A stretch of DNA of 64,000 nucleotides from the human T2T-CHM13v2.0 reference genome, Homo sapiens: the NCBI RefSeq assembly GCF_009914755.1, contig NC_060926.1. One strand, given 5' to 3'. Both the position numbers and the translations under genes were made by a program. The notes beneath the pieces are model-generated. The model worked only from the letters and a program-made list of their open reading frames with translations. It did not search any database and was not told the origin of the DNA. Positions 60,081 through 64,000 of this stretch are shown here, one piece after another; position 1 is the stretch's first letter, and the number at the start of each line of letters is the position of its first letter.

Positions 60081-60994
60081 TAACAAGGAAGAAAATATGC
60101 ATTGTTGTTGTAGTCCTAGTTTTATAAGGCTGTAGTGATATTTATAACTTCTTTCTTCTATTAAACATCTTGTGTTTTCATTGCCCCCAGCCAGCATTTC
60201 AACTGGTCTAAACCCTTTACCTGGTGGGGTGATGCAAATTTTCATTATTAAAGTGTATTTTTTGTGGTCATGCCTTCCTTCACTTGTTATACTTTTCCAA
60301 TAACTTTTGCTATTGTAATGGAAGTACTAAGAGGCACCTGAAAGAATACTCTGGGTTCCATGTATATTTTCCTTTCTGCTTTCATTTTATAGCCACAACT
60401 TTGTGTTGGTACTCAGGATCAATTGCTCCAGTCAATAGTGTGGCCCCTTTCTTTGGCTTCTGATATGGTGGCACAAGGAGCTCAAAATGACCAGGTAACA
60501 TTTCCAACTTCCAATTCAGTGGCATCATTGCTGTGTCTTTTGGGTGGAAGTATTCCTCTAAAACCTCCAAACCTGCAAAGTTCAAAACTGGGGGGAACAG
60601 GCATCAAATAATCTGAGTGGGTATGATATTGAAAGAAGTTAATTCTACTTCTTACCCTTTGATGATTTCTGGACCCATCTATTCTGGCTTGTGAGAAATG
60701 ACACCATACTGGTCATTGATTCATGGCTTATGGTAGCCTGTAAGGGAGAAACCAAACATTTCATGATATTGTCTCATAACTGGTATTGTAACAGAATCTT
60801 CAGTAAGTCATTCACTGTTCTATCAGACTAGTCATTTCCGAGCATTACATTGCATCAGAAACACAAAATTAGGTTTATTAGGTTGTTGCAGCAAGAGAGA
60901 ATGCACATATTGGGGAACCAAGGGATGTCTCACAATGGGTGAATTAGAGAAGGCATTTATGGGGTTTAGGGAGCTGGAGTTAGTCACAGGATGA

Positions 60995-61353
60995 TGTATC
61001 AGTCCGTTCTTATACTGCTAATAAGACACACCTGAGACTGGGTAATTTATAAAGGAAGGAGGCTTAATTGACTCACAGTTCCACATGGCTGGGGAGGCCT
61101 CGTGATCATTGCTGAAGGTAAATGAGCAAAGTCATGTCTTACATGATGGCAGGCAAAAGAGCTTGTGTAGGGAAACTCCCCTTTATATAATCATCAGATC
61201 TCATAAGACTTATTCACTTTCACTAGAACAGCACGGGAAAGACCGGCCTCCATGGTCAATTACTTCCCACCCAGTTCCTCTCACAACATGTGGGAATTAT
61301 GGGAGCTAAAATTCAAGATGAGATGTGGGTGGGGACACAGCCAAATCATATCA
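60995..61353 (-). mobile_element. THE1 (THE1C-like) solo LTR, apparently nested in another LTR-like segment (~60850-61620)
   Basis: cctgagactgggtaatttataaagg...gggtggggacacagccaaatcatatca. Confidence 0.92.
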
Positions 61354-62621
61354 AATGGTCTTGTCAGGGATTAGTCAGAATCTATAGACCAGACAAGTTG
61401 CTGGCACAGTCATTGGCCTTGTCTCTAACATATGAGTTGAGGCAGAGTTGCCATTTGATCAGTTGGTCAGCGGTCTGTCCTTGGAACACATGAGTCTAAA
61501 TGAGCTGTGTTAAGAGTATGAATTTATATTGCTTGTCTTGCATGTCACAGTTTAGGACAGTTAATCTGTTTTGTGAGTCCTAGTACAGTTTTACAAATTG
61601 TGGTCTTTGCCTCAATTCTCAGATACCCCTTCACAGCAACCAACAGGGTATATTTTTCTACTTAATCAGAATCCCTTTCTGATGGACCATTCAGGATGTG
61701 ATCAATCCAGATCTATACCACTCTTTGAGGGGTCATAACTGGGTATTGAGTTTTCAATGGTAGTTGTTTTTATCTCTTTAATCATCAGGACTTCTTGTTC
61801 TCTTTGTTGGATGATCACTTGTTGAATTATGTGGCATGACAGCAGCTGTGTAGTAACAAGACTCTGGAGATCACACAGTTGGCTTCGGCAACCCAGACAA
61901 ATACTAAGATAAGGATTATTAAACTTTGCAAGGTACTTCAAAATACTAGGTAAACTTCCAAATCTGGGCCATGAAGACATGTCTCATAATCTATTTGGAT
62001 CTTCCTCAATCAAGTGGCTTTTCCCATTAATTTGGATATGGATTACTCCGACAGTATCTGAATAATTAGTCCCATATCTAGTTACTGTCAGGGATAAGGA
62101 TCTTAAGAGTACTGTGATTGAAGGCTAGGAGTGCTTATGAACAATTAAGAACCTTAAACCAGCAAAGAGGGAAGGAAATAACCAAGAAGTAAAACTCCCA
62201 ATATATACAAAGAAGTGAGAGTAAGCAAAGGTTTTTGGCATCTGGGGTTCTTGTTGTAACAGTCTTGGGTGAAGTCAGTCTACTTCAAGAACCATTGGAT
62301 CTATTGAGCCATAAAATTGAAGAGGCAGAGCAGCTTGCACTGTAGACTGGACTTGCTGCAGAACCTTCTCTTACTGAGTATGCTGAAATTTACAGCCTTA
62401 TAAGTTATTTGATCAGAGAAGCACACACAAATGTGATATATATTTTCCCCAAATCCAGAGAGGCCCAGAGGTTTGGCATTGAGAAAGAAAAGTTTAAAAT
62501 ACCAGCATAGTATTTAGTTTTCTTGAGTCTTAATACTTTCAGAGAGAGATAAGAGCTGGACTCTGAAGATATACTAGGATGCTTAAGTCTGTTGTCTTTC
62601 AGTTCTATTATAATAGCATGC

Positions 62622-64000
62622 TAAACAAATGGAAAAACATCTCATGCTCATTGGTAAGAAGAATCAATATCATTAAAATGGCTATCCTGCCCAAAGCAAT
62701 TTACAGATTCAATGCTATTTCTATCAAACTACCAAGGACATTTTTCACAGAACTAGAAAAAGTTATTTTAAAATTTATATGGAACCAAAAAAGAGCCTGA
62801 GTAGCCAAGGCATTCCTAAGCAAAAAGAACAAAGCTGGAGGAATCACATTACCTGACTTGAAACTATACAACAAGGCTACAGTGAACAAAACAGCATGGT
62901 GCTGGTACAAAAACAGACACATAGACCAATGGAACAGAACAGAGAGCCCAGAAATAAGGCTGCACATCTATGACCATCTGATCTTTGACAAAGCTGACAA
63001 AAACAAGCAATGGGGAAAAGACTCCCTATTCAATAAATGGTGCTGGGATAACTCTGTTACCATATGCAGAAGATTGAAGCTGGACCCCCTCCTTACGCCA
63101 TATACAAAAATCAAAATTAATGACATAAATGTAAAACCCAAAACTATAAAAATGCTGGAAGACAACCTATGCAACACCATCCTGGACATAGGAAGAGTCA
63201 AAGATCTCTTGACAAATCACAACAAAAGCAAAAATTGACAAATGGGATGTAATGACACTTAAGAGTTTTTGCACAGCAAAATAAACTCTCATCAGAGTAA
63301 ACAGACAACTTACAGATTGGGAGAAAATATTTGCAAACTATGTATCTGACAAAGGTCAAATACCCAGCATCTATAAGGAACTTAAACAAATTTACAAGAG
63401 AAAAACAGCCCCATTAAAATGTGGGCAAAGGACATGAACAGACACATCTCAAAAGAAGACACACGTGTGGCCAACGAGCATATGAAAAACTCAGTATCAC
63501 TGATCTTTAGAGAAATGCAAATCAAAACCACAGTGATACGCCATCTCACACCAGTCAGAATGGCTATGATTAAACTGTCAAAAGATAACAGATGCTGGTG
63601 AGGTTGCAGAGAAAAGGGAACCCTTATACACTGTTGGTGGGGGTATAGATTAGTTTAACCATTGTGGAAAGCAGTATGGCAATTCCTCAAAGAGCTAAAG
63701 GCAGAACTACCATTAGACCCAGCAATTCCATTACTGGGTATATACCCAGAGGAATATAAAGCATTCTACCATAAAGACGTATGTACGTGAATGTTCATTG
63801 CAGCACTGTTCACAAAGACATGGGATCACCCTAAATGCCCGTCAATTACAGACTAGATAAAGGAAACGTGGTACATGTACACCATGGAATACTATGTAGC
63901 CAAAAAGAGAACAAGATCAGGTCTTTTGTGGGAACATGGATGGAGCTGAAGGCTGTCAACCTTAGCAAACTAATGAACAGAAAACCAAATACAGTATGTT
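62622..64000 (+). mobile_element. L1PA15/16- or L1PB-like LINE-1 ORF2 3' half, running off the window
   Basis: ORFs 62579-62800 ([24 protein letters not shown]) and 62858-63238 ([12 protein letters not shown]); gagctaaaggcagaactacc is an older-L1PA-type variant. Confidence 0.93.

Larger units (their letters stand above)
59420..62570 (-). mobile_element. ERVL internal region with pol and dUTPase remnants
   Basis: 60382-60585 DTAMMPLNWKLEMLPGHFELL...GAIDPEYQ is HERV-L-type dUTPase; 60140-60245 MKICITPPGK..RPVEMLA is its downstream segment; ~62275-62370 EKVLQQVQSTVQAALPL...DPMVLEV is the RT connection region. Confidence 0.85.

Noticed and set aside
59949-60245. 98-aa ATG-initiated ORF
   Set aside because: The N-terminus is ERVL-derived and the C-terminus is translation of the AT-rich tract.

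Overview
This is AT-rich, repeat-dense primate genomic DNA (catarrhine and probably human, since AluY, L1PA4/5 and THE1 are present), either intronic or intergenic. I found no intact protein-coding gene, RNA gene or CpG island. Most ORFs in the supplied track are Alu, L1, ERVL or Tigger remnants, and the rest look like chance frames. The only recognisable cellular-gene sequence is a full-length processed pseudogene of COX6C (36599-37006) with a perfect 13-bp TSD, which keeps pre-human residue states. The most informative structures are: (1) a 5'-truncated L1PA that appears to carry a ~175-bp 3' transduction; (2) a decayed ERVL provirus with pol and dUTPase remnants, its 3' LTR and nested insertions; (3) an internal inversion in a second ERVL pol fragment; (4) a chain of DNA-transposon MITEs with a double Alu insertion at one site; (5) a twin-primed L1MA fragment. 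A few unique islands carry + strand splice-site pairs or motif clusters, but these are candidates only. Repeat subfamily names come from my recollection of consensus sequences and need RepeatMasker/Dfam confirmation. Boundaries of old elements are approximate. I did not find convincing evidence of a new biological system.
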